Part shown: positions 19,017 to 28,538 of the stretch, one piece after another
Layout of the letters: each line of letters opens with the position of its first letter
Numbering within the stretch: the first letter of the stretch is position 1
Assembly (NCBI GenBank): GCA_964385105.1
Contig: CAYLMU010000002.1
Span: 250,583-314,582, forward strand
Direction: 5' to 3'
DNA length: 64,000 nucleotides
Origin: an uncultured Candidatus Saccharibacteria bacterium
GTDB lineage: Bacteria; Patescibacteriota; WWE3; UBA101185; UBA10185
The notes under the pieces: model-generated
The model's database searches: none
Told to the model about the DNA's origin: nothing
What the model saw: the letters and a program-made list of their open reading frames with translations, nothing else
Program-made: the position numbers and the translations under genes

Positions 19017-22000
19017 TTACTCAGTGCTTTTAACTAAATTGAAACGAAATCTTGGTTGAACAACGGCTTTTTTTGCTTCTTTTATTTCAATATAGGTCTG
19101 AATACATTCGGCAAAGTTATTTGAAATCCTATTCCAGTCAAAGTTTTCAGCCCAACTTAATGAATTTTTTTCATACTTAGCTCTTAATTCATCATCAATA
19201 AGTATTTTTTTGATAGCCTTAGAAAATGCTTTACTATTTCCAACTTCTACAGTAATACCGGTATATTTGTTTTTTACCGAATCAACCAACCCTGGAACTC
19301 GTGAAGCAACAACCGGTGTACCACATGCGTTTGCTTCCAGAACCGAAATGCCCCATCCTTCCATTGTTGATGGTTGTACAAAGACCCAAGCGCTCGATAA
19401 AAGTTTAATCTTTTCATCATCACTCACCCTACCTAAAAATTTCACGTTATTTTCAAGGTTTAACTCCTTTACCAATACTTCAAGGCGTTTTCTGCTCTCA
19501 CCAAAACCTGCAATCTTAACCTCTATATACGGCATAGTTTTTGCAAGATTTCGTGTGGCATATATTAGTGTTTCAAGTGATTTATATGGTTTTAAACGCC
19601 CTAAGTATAAAATTGACGGATTGACTGTTTTTGGACCGGGTTTTAAGTCGTTTAAGTCAACTCCAGGACTCATAATAATAATGTTGGAGTTTCTACCAAA
19701 TCCAATTCGTTCCATATCACTTTTGGATGAATTGGAAACTGTAACCATTTGAACATTTCTGTATACAAATGGCATAATTTTTGATTCTAATTGCTTGGCT
19801 ATAAACGCAACAGGCCATGAAGTAATGGGTAATTTTAGCTGTTTAAAAATTATTTCACTGTGAACATGGTGAACAAGACCAATAACCGGAGTTCGGGTAT
19901 AAAGTGGTGCAAAAAACGGAACTCCGTTTTCACTGTCAATTATAATGTCGTATTTGCTTCTAAACTTAAAAATGTAGTAGAAAAATGCCCAAATATAAAC
20001 TGTATAAAAACCGCCCCGTCTAACTACGTTAACTCCTTCTACTTGCTCGTTTCTTGTGTTTTTTCCGTCATTGCCGCAAAAAAGTGTTACATCATGACCA
20101 TCTTTAACCCATCTCTTTGCTAACTCATGAACATATACTTCAGCACCGCCTGCCCATACATGTTTTGTATCACGCCAATTCAAAATTAAAATGTTTAGCT
20201 TTCCGTCAGCTTTATAATCTACGTGTGCATATGCCGGTTGTGAATATTTTGGTAGCAAATCCAAAATGTCATGAGAAACTTCAATGAATTTTTCTTTAAA
20301 AGTGTGAAGTATTGCAACAGCAACCAAAAAGAATGCACCGCTTAAGATCATGACATTAACAACATGTGAAATATTTGCATGAAAAACATATAAACCAACA
20401 CTTTGCACTATAACAGTGAGAATCCCCGGAATTGCAAAAATATATTCTCTTCTTGCGTGATAATAAGTTACTACAGCATAAGCAACAGAAAAGAACATCA
20501 TAGCAAACGAAAATCTTATTAAATAAGGCAATATGGGCAATGCTTTTTCACCAAATAAAATCGGTATAGTTATGCTTCCTGCCAAACCTACTATAATAAA
20601 GGCAACAAAAGTTGAACTTACAATTGCAAGTAAAATCTTTTTAAATGCTACAGAAGTTTTTGAACCTGCACCTGCATCTTTGCTGACTATAGGAATAATA
20701 AATTGAGCAAACATGCTTCCAATCATATATACCATACGTCCAACAAGAATTAACAAGGCATACTGACCTGCCTCAATAGCACTTAAATAATGCTTTACAA
20801 AAATCAAGTCAAGACTCAAAAATGTCACAGCTGATAATTTGGTTAAAACGGCTGTTGTAAAAAATTTCTTTGATAATTTAAGATTTTCAGGTTTTTCAGG
20901 TTCTTGCTCTGTACGCGGTAACGCGGACCTAGCAATTCTTGCAGCTATTACCCATCCAACAACCATGGATACCAAAATTGAAATCGGTAAAGCTGTATAA
21001 ACCCACTCGCCCATATTAAATTGAACAAAAACAACAGAAAAAGCTAATTTAACGAATGCGCTAATTACAACCAAAAGTGCTAAAGCATAAAATTTGTGGC
21101 TTCCTTCCAAAAAACCAGTGTTTACTGCCTGAATGAGCAAAAGAGTCCACATTGGTGCAAATACAATAAACGGTACTAAAGTGTGTGAATTAAAAAATGT
21201 TGAAAGAAGAGGTATTGATGCTATCCATCCCGCAACTAGAATCAATGAGATTTTGGTTAATTTGTTTCTATATGTGTACCAAATCTCACTTCTTAACGAA
21301 TTATACTTTCCAAATAAAAATGCCGTGTTATTAGAAATTGTTTGAGCAACTCCCGCGGCTGGTATTTGAGCTATAAACATAAAACTACTCAATAATGCAA
21401 TAAGACCAAATCCTTCTTCGCTCAGTGTTCTCCCAAGGTAAGCGCTTGTTAAAAAGTTTAAAACGTTGGCAACCATTGTTGCTGCAATAAGCGCTAAACC
21501 GGCTGAAACGGTTGTATCATATAAGTTTTTGATTGTTGCTGTAGATATAGCCGGTTTTACAGTCGGCAAAGAGACACGCGGAAACGCCAGTGTTGGCCTT
21601 GATATAAATGCAAGTTTTCGGCTTTTTTTTGTAATGTTAAGATGCAGCCCATGATGTGTTTTTTCCCAGTGGTGAGGTTTAAATATTAATTGCCAAAAAG
21701 CCATTACTGCTGCTATACTCATTAAAAACCAGTAAAAAGGCACAAAAAATACAAATTTAATAAGGTTATACTTTTCGCGTTTAGCCAGCCCAATCATGTA
21801 GTTGTAGATATACAAAAAGTTTCCAAATACGAGTGAAAACGCTGCCATATAAAACACAAGTGATGGAAACAAAGCTTCAATCGTCTCACCTACATATTCG
21901 TTGAATACAAAGTATGAAATTGTTGCAAGCCATAAAATCGGGTTAATTAAAATAAAGCTAATTCTTAATCCAATTATTAATTGAAAGATTAAAGCATGAA

Positions 22001-23774
22001 TACCTTGTTTTCTTAAAAATGCAAGCGGGTCTCGCATATGAACAAGATAAGTTTGCATATAACCCTTTAACCATCTAGATCTTTGTCTTATCCAGTTTTT
22101 GACATTACTATTTGCTTCTTCTAAAGTTGTTGAATCAATAATTGCGGTCTTGTAGCCTTCTTTAAATAACCTGGCGCCCAAATCACAATCTTCAGTAACA
22201 TTAAACGGATCCCATCCATGAAGGTCTTTTAAGTATTGAGCTTTAAAGTGATTGCTTGTACCTCCTAACGGAATTGTTGTTTCAATACTCTGCAAACCCG
22301 GCAAAATGATATCAAACCACAAAGTATATTCGGCAGTAAACATTCTTGTTAATAAGTTGTGGTGGGGATTATAATAATTTAGCTTTGCCTGAACACAAAT
22401 AATATCCTCAGGAAGATTTTTAAATGCTAAATAAGCTTTTTTAAGCTGTAAAGAATCGGGCATGTCTTCGGCATCATAAATAACCACATATTCACCTGAG
22501 GCCATTTTTAATCCATAATTGCATGCTTTTGGTTTAGTTTTTGGCATAGAATGCGGAACAACGACGGTTTTGAAATATTCAGGCAAATTAAGCTTTTCGG
22601 CGGCTTTAACTGTCACATCATCGTCTTCTTCGAGTAATAACAGAACTTCAAGTTTATCTTTTGGCCAGTCTAGGGCACTAATTGCCTCAACAAAATTTTT
22701 TAAAACCGCATCTTCTTTATATAAGGGACATAAAATTGTATATATGGGCAAATTTTCATCTGATAAGCTATTTAATTCATCGGTATTTGGCTGAATTTCA
22801 GGCGGGTGGCTTAAACTCTTTAAAATTAGATAAATATTGAACAATACGTCCAAAAAGTAAATTGCACTCAATATTGCTAAAATCCAGATTAAAGTTTTAA
22901 AAGGATAAAATATTAAACTAGCTATAAACAAGACGATAACTGCAGAAATTAAGAATTTTTGATCTCTTTTTAGTGTGTATAAAGCGGATTTATAATGTGG
23001 AAGATTTGTATGAGTTTTATAATGCTTTCCTTTGTACACTGTGCTATGAGAATCTGTATCGTTGTGAGCTATGTGAAAAACCCGTCTTACTGTAAGTTTA
23101 GTTTTAATTGCAGCTATAGCTAATGCCCAGGCTGTTTTTGCAAAATTTATATTAGACGACCCGTTAACTCTTAAAACATAGTCAATGTCAACCCCGCCTA
23201 TTTTGTAGCCCAATTCTTTTGCTGTATGAAGTAATGTAACATCGAGTGTCCATGGTGTTACATGCTCAACATTCATATGATTTGCAATTTCTCGCTTGAA
23301 AACTTTTAACCCAGATTGAGTATCACAGTTAAGTCCCAATAAAAATTTTCCAAAAATTAATTTGTTTAATCTTGAACCTGCTTTTCTTACAAAAGTACTT
23401 GAATAAGTTCGTCTGTTTGCAACAACAACCCCTAAATTATCGATATATGCTTTTTTCAACATTTCAGGCAGTACCTCAGGAGGATATTGAAGATCCCCGT
23501 CTATAAATGCGACATATTCTGTTATGGCTAATTGCAAACCTTCAATAATAGAATAGCCCTTACCTTGTATACCTTTTTTTGTATGAATTTTTATAGGAAA
23601 TTCTTTTGAAAGATTAGTTAATATTTTTACAGTGGCATCTTTTGAATTATCATCAACAAAAATCAGCGTAAAATCAATATTTGCAACATCCATTGCACCT
23701 GATAGGCGATTCACTAATTCATTCAAGTTTTTCTCTTCATTATAAACCGGTATAATAATATCTAGAGCTTTCAT
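19017..23774 (-). CDS. 1585-aa multidomain glycosylation protein: GT2 (DPM1-like) + processive GT2 synthase (QxxRW) + Wzx/MOP-like flippase domain + GT4
   Basis: N-term IIIPVYNEE...FVDDNSKD (GT2); second GT2 with YDAEDMPD, VTEDCD, QRSRW motifs; ~12 TM region with Wzx-like pattern (LLILVGRMVYMIGSMF); C-term GT4 with EGWGISVLEANACGTPVVAS; uninterrupted 4.7-kb ORF in AT-rich DNA. Confidence 0.8.
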   Translation of the reverse strand: MKALDIIIPVYNEEKNLNELVNRLSGAMDVANIDFTLIFVDDNSKDATVKILTNLSKEFPIKIHTKKGIQGKGYSIIEGLQLAITEYVAFIDGDLQYPPEVLPEMLKKAYIDNLGVVVANRRTYSSTFVRKAGSRLNKLIFGKFLLGLNCDTQSGLKVFKREIANHMNVEHVTPWTLDVTLLHTAKELGYKIGGVDIDYVLRVNGSSNINFAKTAWALAIAAIKTKLTVRRVFHIAHNDTDSHSTVYKGKHYKTHTNLPHYKSALYTLKRDQKFLISAVIVLFIASLIFYPFKTLIWILAILSAIYFLDVLFNIYLILKSLSHPPEIQPNTDELNSLSDENLPIYTILCPLYKEDAVLKNFVEAISALDWPKDKLEVLLLLEEDDDVTVKAAEKLNLPEYFKTVVVPHSMPKTKPKACNYGLKMASGEYVVIYDAEDMPDSLQLKKAYLAFKNLPEDIICVQAKLNYYNPHHNLLTRMFTAEYTLWFDIILPGLQSIETTIPLGGTSNHFKAQYLKDLHGWDPFNVTEDCDLGARLFKEGYKTAIIDSTTLEEANSNVKNWIRQRSRWLKGYMQTYLVHMRDPLAFLRKQGIHALIFQLIIGLRISFILINPILWLATISYFVFNEYVGETIEALFPSLVFYMAAFSLVFGNFLYIYNYMIGLAKREKYNLIKFVFFVPFYWFLMSIAAVMAFWQLIFKPHHWEKTHHGLHLNITKKSRKLAFISRPTLAFPRVSLPTVKPAISTATIKNLYDTTVSAGLALIAATMVANVLNFLTSAYLGRTLSEEGFGLIALLSSFMFIAQIPAAGVAQTISNNTAFLFGKYNSLRSEIWYTYRNKLTKISLILVAGWIASIPLLSTFFNSHTLVPFIVFAPMWTLLLIQAVNTGFLEGSHKFYALALLVVISAFVKLAFSVVFVQFNMGEWVYTALPISILVSMVVGWVIAARIARSALPRTEQEPEKPENLKLSKKFFTTAVLTKLSAVTFLSLDLIFVKHYLSAIEAGQYALLILVGRMVYMIGSMFAQFIIPIVSKDAGAGSKTSVAFKKILLAIVSSTFVAFIIVGLAGSITIPILFGEKALPILPYLIRFSFAMMFFSVAYAVVTYYHARREYIFAIPGILTVIVQSVGLYVFHANISHVVNVMILSGAFFLVAVAILHTFKEKFIEVSHDILDLLPKYSQPAYAHVDYKADGKLNILILNWRDTKHVWAGGAEVYVHELAKRWVKDGHDVTLFCGNDGKNTRNEQVEGVNVVRRGGFYTVYIWAFFYYIFKFRSKYDIIIDSENGVPFFAPLYTRTPVIGLVHHVHSEIIFKQLKLPITSWPVAFIAKQLESKIMPFVYRNVQMVTVSNSSKSDMERIGFGRNSNIIIMSPGVDLNDLKPGPKTVNPSILYLGRLKPYKSLETLIYATRNLAKTMPYIEVKIAGFGESRKRLEVLVKELNLENNVKFLGRVSDDEKIKLLSSAWVFVQPSTMEGWGISVLEANACGTPVVASRVPGLVDSVKNKYTGITVEVGNSKAFSKAIKKILIDDELRAKYEKNSLSWAENFDWNRISNNFAECIQTYIEIKEAKKAVVQPRFRFNLVKSTE

Positions 23775-23963
23775 TTTTATTTGGTTTGGGCATAAAAAAA
23801 TTACATACGAAAATATGTAATTTTGACGAGCAGGATTATATACTATTGGCAGGAATCTAAATAGTTATAGGATTATATAATATTTATTTGGTTAAAGCAA
23901 CCGTAGGTATTTTGCGGTATTTTACATGGCAGGATTGATAGTTATAAGTTATGTAATTTATCG

Positions 23964-24533
23964 TCATATTTTTAGTGTTATGTTTCCGATTTTTACCGGA
24001 AACTTAATAAAATTTGTCAAATAAAGCCCTACCGGATATATAATACCCCACGCAAGAAGAGTTTGTGGTATTTCATTAAATAAACCTTTTTTGCCAACAC
24101 CGTACCTCATAACCTCTTCAGGTAACGGAATCAAAAATTTCCATAGCCAGCCTGTTGCAATTATAAAAGTTGATGTTGCTAACAATACTAACATTGGCCT
24201 TGCTATTATGGCTATTGAAGGAGCAGTTCTAAATATGAAAAATTTAGTTATGAGACTAACTGTAAAAAAATACCATATCTGAGGTGATTGTGTGGATTTA
24301 ATAAATGAATATACAAAAACCATAAAGAACAAGAACAAAGCAAACTTATCTTTAATCGGCTTATTTTTATAATCCTCTATGGCCATGGTCGATATTATAG
24401 AAAAAATTTCAAACACAAGAAGCATTACACCGGTATCATAAATAAACTCAATGCTTCTTTCGGGATACAACAGAGCATAAACAAAGGGTACTGCAAGGAG
24501 TAAATTGCTTAGTTCAGAGATGTGACGTGACAT
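23964..24533 (-). CDS. polytopic membrane protein, unknown function
   Basis: 5-6 hydrophobic segments in 189 aa. Confidence 0.35.
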   Translation of the reverse strand: MSRHISELSNLLLAVPFVYALLYPERSIEFIYDTGVMLLVFEIFSIISTMAIEDYKNKPIKDKFALFLFFMVFVYSFIKSTQSPQIWYFFTVSLITKFFIFRTAPSIAIIARPMLVLLATSTFIIATGWLWKFLIPLPEEVMRYGVGKKGLFNEIPQTLLAWGIIYPVGLYLTNFIKFPVKIGNITLKI

Positions 24534-24682
24534 TATTTTAGTATATCAGGTTATCAAATAGATTTTATTAGTTCAAATTGTTGTATTAATTTTTTAGGTG
24601 TGCTTGTTTTTAAGTCATAAAAAACCTTAAGACGCCCTTTTTGGAATCTGTCATCTGCCGCAAAACGACGGAGTGCGAAATT

Positions 24683-27076
24683 CTAATGGTCAGAATAAAC
24701 GTAATCAAACACTGCACGGGCAACTGTCTCTAGACTTTTTGCACTGCATTTATCAAGCGTATCTTCAGTGGTATGAAACGGTGGGTACTCAAAATCAATC
24801 AACAGAAAACTCGGCACACCTGCTTGATTAAGCGGCGTATGGTCGTCATTTATACTCTGCTTTACTTCGTCTCGGAAAACTCCACTATCTACTTTTTGAG
24901 CAATAGACCAGAATGAATCAACTTGTGATTTAGCATTTTGAACCGACGATTGTTCTTTATAAATTCTCAAATCTTTGTCACATACCATGTCAAGTACAAG
25001 CGCTGTTATTGGCTTATTGTTACCGTAAATTTCGTTTAAATGCTCGGAAAAATATGTAGAGCCAAGAGGCCTCCAATTACTGTAATCACTGCCTTGATTG
25101 ATATCTCCCTCTTCGCCGTCAAAGAACACCAAATCAACACCAACATTTGGTATTACATGAGAACTGCCCAATATCCGCGCGAGTTCCACGAGAACGGCCA
25201 CACCCGACGCCGAATCATTGGCTCCTGGCGTGGGTTGGTCATTTTTACTCCAATCTTTATCCGCAAATTTCTTGCTGTCGTAGTGAGTCGCCAAAATGAT
25301 GCGACGTTCTTGTGTTGGTTGTAAACGTCCAATAATATTCGTTAATTGGTATGTGTTGCCGTCCGTTGCTTTGTAATCCCAAGATTGAGTTTTGACTTCG
25401 TGGGTTTGTTCTTGCATTTCGGCAATCAAAAACTCCTGAACATTTTCGTGCCCCGTCGAACCCATATAACGCGGGCCATAACGTAATTGCTGGTCTATGA
25501 CTGCTAGCATCTCGTTGCCGTCAATAAATGGTTTTCTACTGACGGTTCGCCGGAGAACTTCGGCCGTGAGGTATTCAACGGGGGAATAATTATCAGTCAA
25601 AACGGGATATGGTGACAAGTCAAATCGCTGAAGATTGATAATTTTTGTTGGTAGCGAGCTAATGATTGGGTTTTCATTTTGCAAAATTAAGGGAGCGTTA
25701 AAATCCACTTTCTTGTCGCTGTTATAACCGACAAAAATTATATTTTGCGAATTTGTTTTTTTCGGAGTCTCGATCGCAAAAAAATAACTGTTGGGAAAAA
25801 TGCTCTGGAATGTTTTTATTTCCGCAAAAATAAGGGACGGCTGTTGCCGTGATAAATCTCCAATAAGATTGGCGACAAATACGCCGTCGTCAGACAACTT
25901 CTCCTTTGCAACAACAAAAAATTCCCGCGTTGTGAAATGAGCAGGAATTGAAAAAAGGGAGTAATAAACATCACTGAATATCAAATCATATTTCTTTTCG
26001 GAATCGCGAAGGAAACGGCGACCATCCTCTGTGTAATTATGCAAATTCGGATTGTCTTCAACTTTAAAATATTGTTTAGCTAAATCAAACAACGAAGGTT
26101 CAATCTCTGATACATCAATAGTCGCATTCGGCAATTCGGCAAGTAGTGCTTTTGGTATTGAATATGCGCCGCCACCTATAATGAGGGCATTTTTAACATC
26201 AGGATTAAAAATTTTGTAGAGCGAATAGTATTTTGTGTATCCATAGACTAAATCGGTCGGGTCATCCGTATCAAGAAACATTGCTCCGGAGGCACTCCTG
26301 TCTTGCTGAAAAATTCTTATTGGTCTACTTCCTTGCGTGCTGTCATAGATTGTAATTTTTTCATAAACCCCATCCTTGCTGTATAAAGCCTTTCCTTTAA
26401 TCTGTTGAACAGTAAAAGAAGCGACGCCAACAAAAATCAAAATAGCGAATGCTGATTTTATAAGTCTTTTTTTGTCAAAACCGAAAACAATAAGAGGAAT
26501 AAAGCCGAGTAGGAATAGAACAACACCTGTTGATATGAAAATATAATCTATGCCGAAATTTGGTATCAAGACGAAGCCGGCAAGCAGACTACCAATAATG
26601 CTTCCAAGTGTGGACCAAAAAAATATTTTTCCTGAAACACTGCCAACGCCCTGACCTGGTTCCTGAATGCTTTGTAGTTTTATCGCATAAGGCGACAAAG
26701 TACCAAGTAGTATAGCGGGCACGAGGAACAAAAGAGCAGAAGAAATGAGCGGGCCGCTGACGAGTGAAAAACTCAAGCTTAAAATCGGCAGTAATAGTAT
26801 GCCTAAAAAATGAATAACGACAACCACCAAACCGCTCACAAGAATAATTCCAAAAAACCACCGCATGGTCGGATGCTTATCGGCAAACTTCCCGCCCGCA
26901 TAATAACCAACACTTAAAGCCGCAAGTATGACACTGATTACGCTCGAAACAGTAAAAATTGTGTTGCCAAAATGTGGCGAAAGAACCCGAACAGCAACAA
27001 TCTCAATTATCAAGACACAAGCCCCGGTGATAAAAACGGAAATGGGAAGTAAATTTTGCTTTACAAATTGGTTCAT
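24683..27076 (-). CDS. tri-domain fusion: N-terminal polytopic membrane domain + spermidine-synthase-like (class I MTase fold) domain + C-terminal M28 zinc peptidase domain
   Basis: 8 TM N-term; ALIIGGGAYSIP...DVSEIEP nucleotide-binding fold like spermine/spermidine synthase; M28 motifs HYDS, GANDSASG, FFDGEEGD, HTTEDT. Confidence 0.65.
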   Translation of the reverse strand: MNQFVKQNLLPISVFITGACVLIIEIVAVRVLSPHFGNTIFTVSSVISVILAALSVGYYAGGKFADKHPTMRWFFGIILVSGLVVVVIHFLGILLLPILSLSFSLVSGPLISSALLFLVPAILLGTLSPYAIKLQSIQEPGQGVGSVSGKIFFWSTLGSIIGSLLAGFVLIPNFGIDYIFISTGVVLFLLGFIPLIVFGFDKKRLIKSAFAILIFVGVASFTVQQIKGKALYSKDGVYEKITIYDSTQGSRPIRIFQQDRSASGAMFLDTDDPTDLVYGYTKYYSLYKIFNPDVKNALIIGGGAYSIPKALLAELPNATIDVSEIEPSLFDLAKQYFKVEDNPNLHNYTEDGRRFLRDSEKKYDLIFSDVYYSLFSIPAHFTTREFFVVAKEKLSDDGVFVANLIGDLSRQQPSLIFAEIKTFQSIFPNSYFFAIETPKKTNSQNIIFVGYNSDKKVDFNAPLILQNENPIISSLPTKIINLQRFDLSPYPVLTDNYSPVEYLTAEVLRRTVSRKPFIDGNEMLAVIDQQLRYGPRYMGSTGHENVQEFLIAEMQEQTHEVKTQSWDYKATDGNTYQLTNIIGRLQPTQERRIILATHYDSKKFADKDWSKNDQPTPGANDSASGVAVLVELARILGSSHVIPNVGVDLVFFDGEEGDINQGSDYSNWRPLGSTYFSEHLNEIYGNNKPITALVLDMVCDKDLRIYKEQSSVQNAKSQVDSFWSIAQKVDSGVFRDEVKQSINDDHTPLNQAGVPSFLLIDFEYPPFHTTEDTLDKCSAKSLETVARAVFDYVYSDH

Positions 27077-27176
27077 ATATCTTGATGTTATTGTAGCAAT
27101 TCCAAGAGATTTCTCAATCTACATTCTGCCGATTTTTGAGCGATGACGGCTCTTAAAAAGCTGAAAAGTTTTGTGA

Positions 27177-27252
27177 TGGTGGGGAGGGTGGGAATCGAAC
27201 CCACATAGCCGGTTTTTCAGACCGGTGCCGTGACCGCCTTGGCTACCGCCCC
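27177..27252 (-). tRNA. tRNA-Phe (anticodon GAA)
   Basis: Anticodon loop CTGAAAA, T-arm GTGGG-TTCGATT-CCCAC, CCA encoded; acceptor has one C5:T68 mismatch and a 3-bp D stem. Confidence 0.8.
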
Positions 27253-27356
27253 TTATTTAACTACACCACAACCCAACTAAATATTAGCACAAAAAAGCTA
27301 AACTACGCTCTAAAAGCTATGTAATATTATCATATTTTTCTATTTAAATTGGTAAT

Positions 27357-28538
27357 TTAAAAACGTAGCAATGCTGCAATCTTATACTCATTGTCTAAGT
27401 CGTCAAACTCACCGTTTTCTATAGAAAAAACTCTTCCACCATTGGCTAAAGTATGAATAATACTAAAATTTACCAAATTGGTTAAGTTTTCATTCGTGAT
27501 TCCATTAATCACACCTTCTTTAATTTTAACGTTATTGTTTTGTTCATCATATCTGCCAAAAACAGTAAACTCTTTATCAACAAATAGTGTGTCAATACGC
27601 TGTTGAAATGCATTAGTTACTATTTCAGGTACATTTGCTATAGCCAAATTAGTGCCTAAAGCATCTTTAAACCTATTTACGTGTTTGAGTCTATTATCAT
27701 GATATTCGTCAAGAACTTTATTCCAAATTCGATCTTTTATGTTTTCTATATTAAGTAAATCAGGATTTTTGCTTATGAGCCTGTTGTATACATTAGGGTA
27801 TTCGGTAACCTCTTTAAACATTGCATAATTAGGAGCATCAGTTACTAAAATTAAGGGAAGCTCTTTGTTTTTAAATACTTCATTTAGGTCATCATCAATT
27901 TTATTTATAAAACGCCTTAAGTTTTCTTTTTTGGCATCATCATAAGCACCATGCCCATGATAAATGGATCCTCCTGATGAACCTGGCCCAACAGCTTTAC
28001 TCGAAGTATGTTGGATACTTTTCTCTGGGTCATCCATCCACAACGCTTCATCTATATTTTTTGCAACATTGCTTGTGTCAAGCTCTTCAAGATACCTGTT
28101 TGTACCTTTGAATGCCTTTACTCTTTTCTGGCTTAACAATAGTACATAATACTCAAGGTCAAGCTCCAAAAAAGGAACTAAAGGTTTAATATTAAATTTC
28201 TCACTAACATACACTAATTCTTTAAATTCAGTGGGTAATATAAAGTATTCAAAACTTTTTTCGGATGCAAAAATAGCCAGGCCTTCCTGCATGGAGTACC
28301 AAAAAGTTTCATCTGTACGCACTTCTTCCAAAAAGTCATTTAGTCTATTAATAATTTTTTCGTTTGTAAGTGACATTTGTGACTCGTTAACAAGGTTTTT
28401 TAGTCTGATTTTGGATTTTTCGTTTTCTTGCCAGACTCTATAAGTTTTCATATATAAAGATAATTTTTCTCCTTGGGATCTATTAGTTATTAGGTCTATA
28501 ACTTTAGTGCGAATACTGGGTTGATGAAGCAGTTTCAT
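27357..28538 (-). CDS. eRF1/Pelota-like domain protein (bacterial archaeo-eukaryotic release factor-like, baeRF), tentative
   Basis: C-terminal ...ANGGRVFSIENGEF...KIAALLRF resembles eRF1/Dom34 domain-3 terminus (GG...AILRY); Gly-rich central loop VGPGSSGGSIYHGHG; no GGQ. Confidence 0.35.
   Translation of the reverse strand: MKLLHQPSIRTKVIDLITNRSQGEKLSLYMKTYRVWQENEKSKIRLKNLVNESQMSLTNEKIINRLNDFLEEVRTDETFWYSMQEGLAIFASEKSFEYFILPTEFKELVYVSEKFNIKPLVPFLELDLEYYVLLLSQKRVKAFKGTNRYLEELDTSNVAKNIDEALWMDDPEKSIQHTSSKAVGPGSSGGSIYHGHGAYDDAKKENLRRFINKIDDDLNEVFKNKELPLILVTDAPNYAMFKEVTEYPNVYNRLISKNPDLLNIENIKDRIWNKVLDEYHDNRLKHVNRFKDALGTNLAIANVPEIVTNAFQQRIDTLFVDKEFTVFGRYDEQNNNVKIKEGVINGITNENLTNLVNFSIIHTLANGGRVFSIENGEFDDLDNEYKIAALLRF

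Noticed and set aside
19210-22794. Multiple 60-180-aa plus-strand ORFs inside the giant glycosyltransferase gene, and similar antisense ORFs elsewhere (e.g. 8214-8609, 55489-56106)
   Set aside because: They lie antisense within long well-supported CDSs and have low-complexity or serine-rich translations. They are most likely chance open frames.
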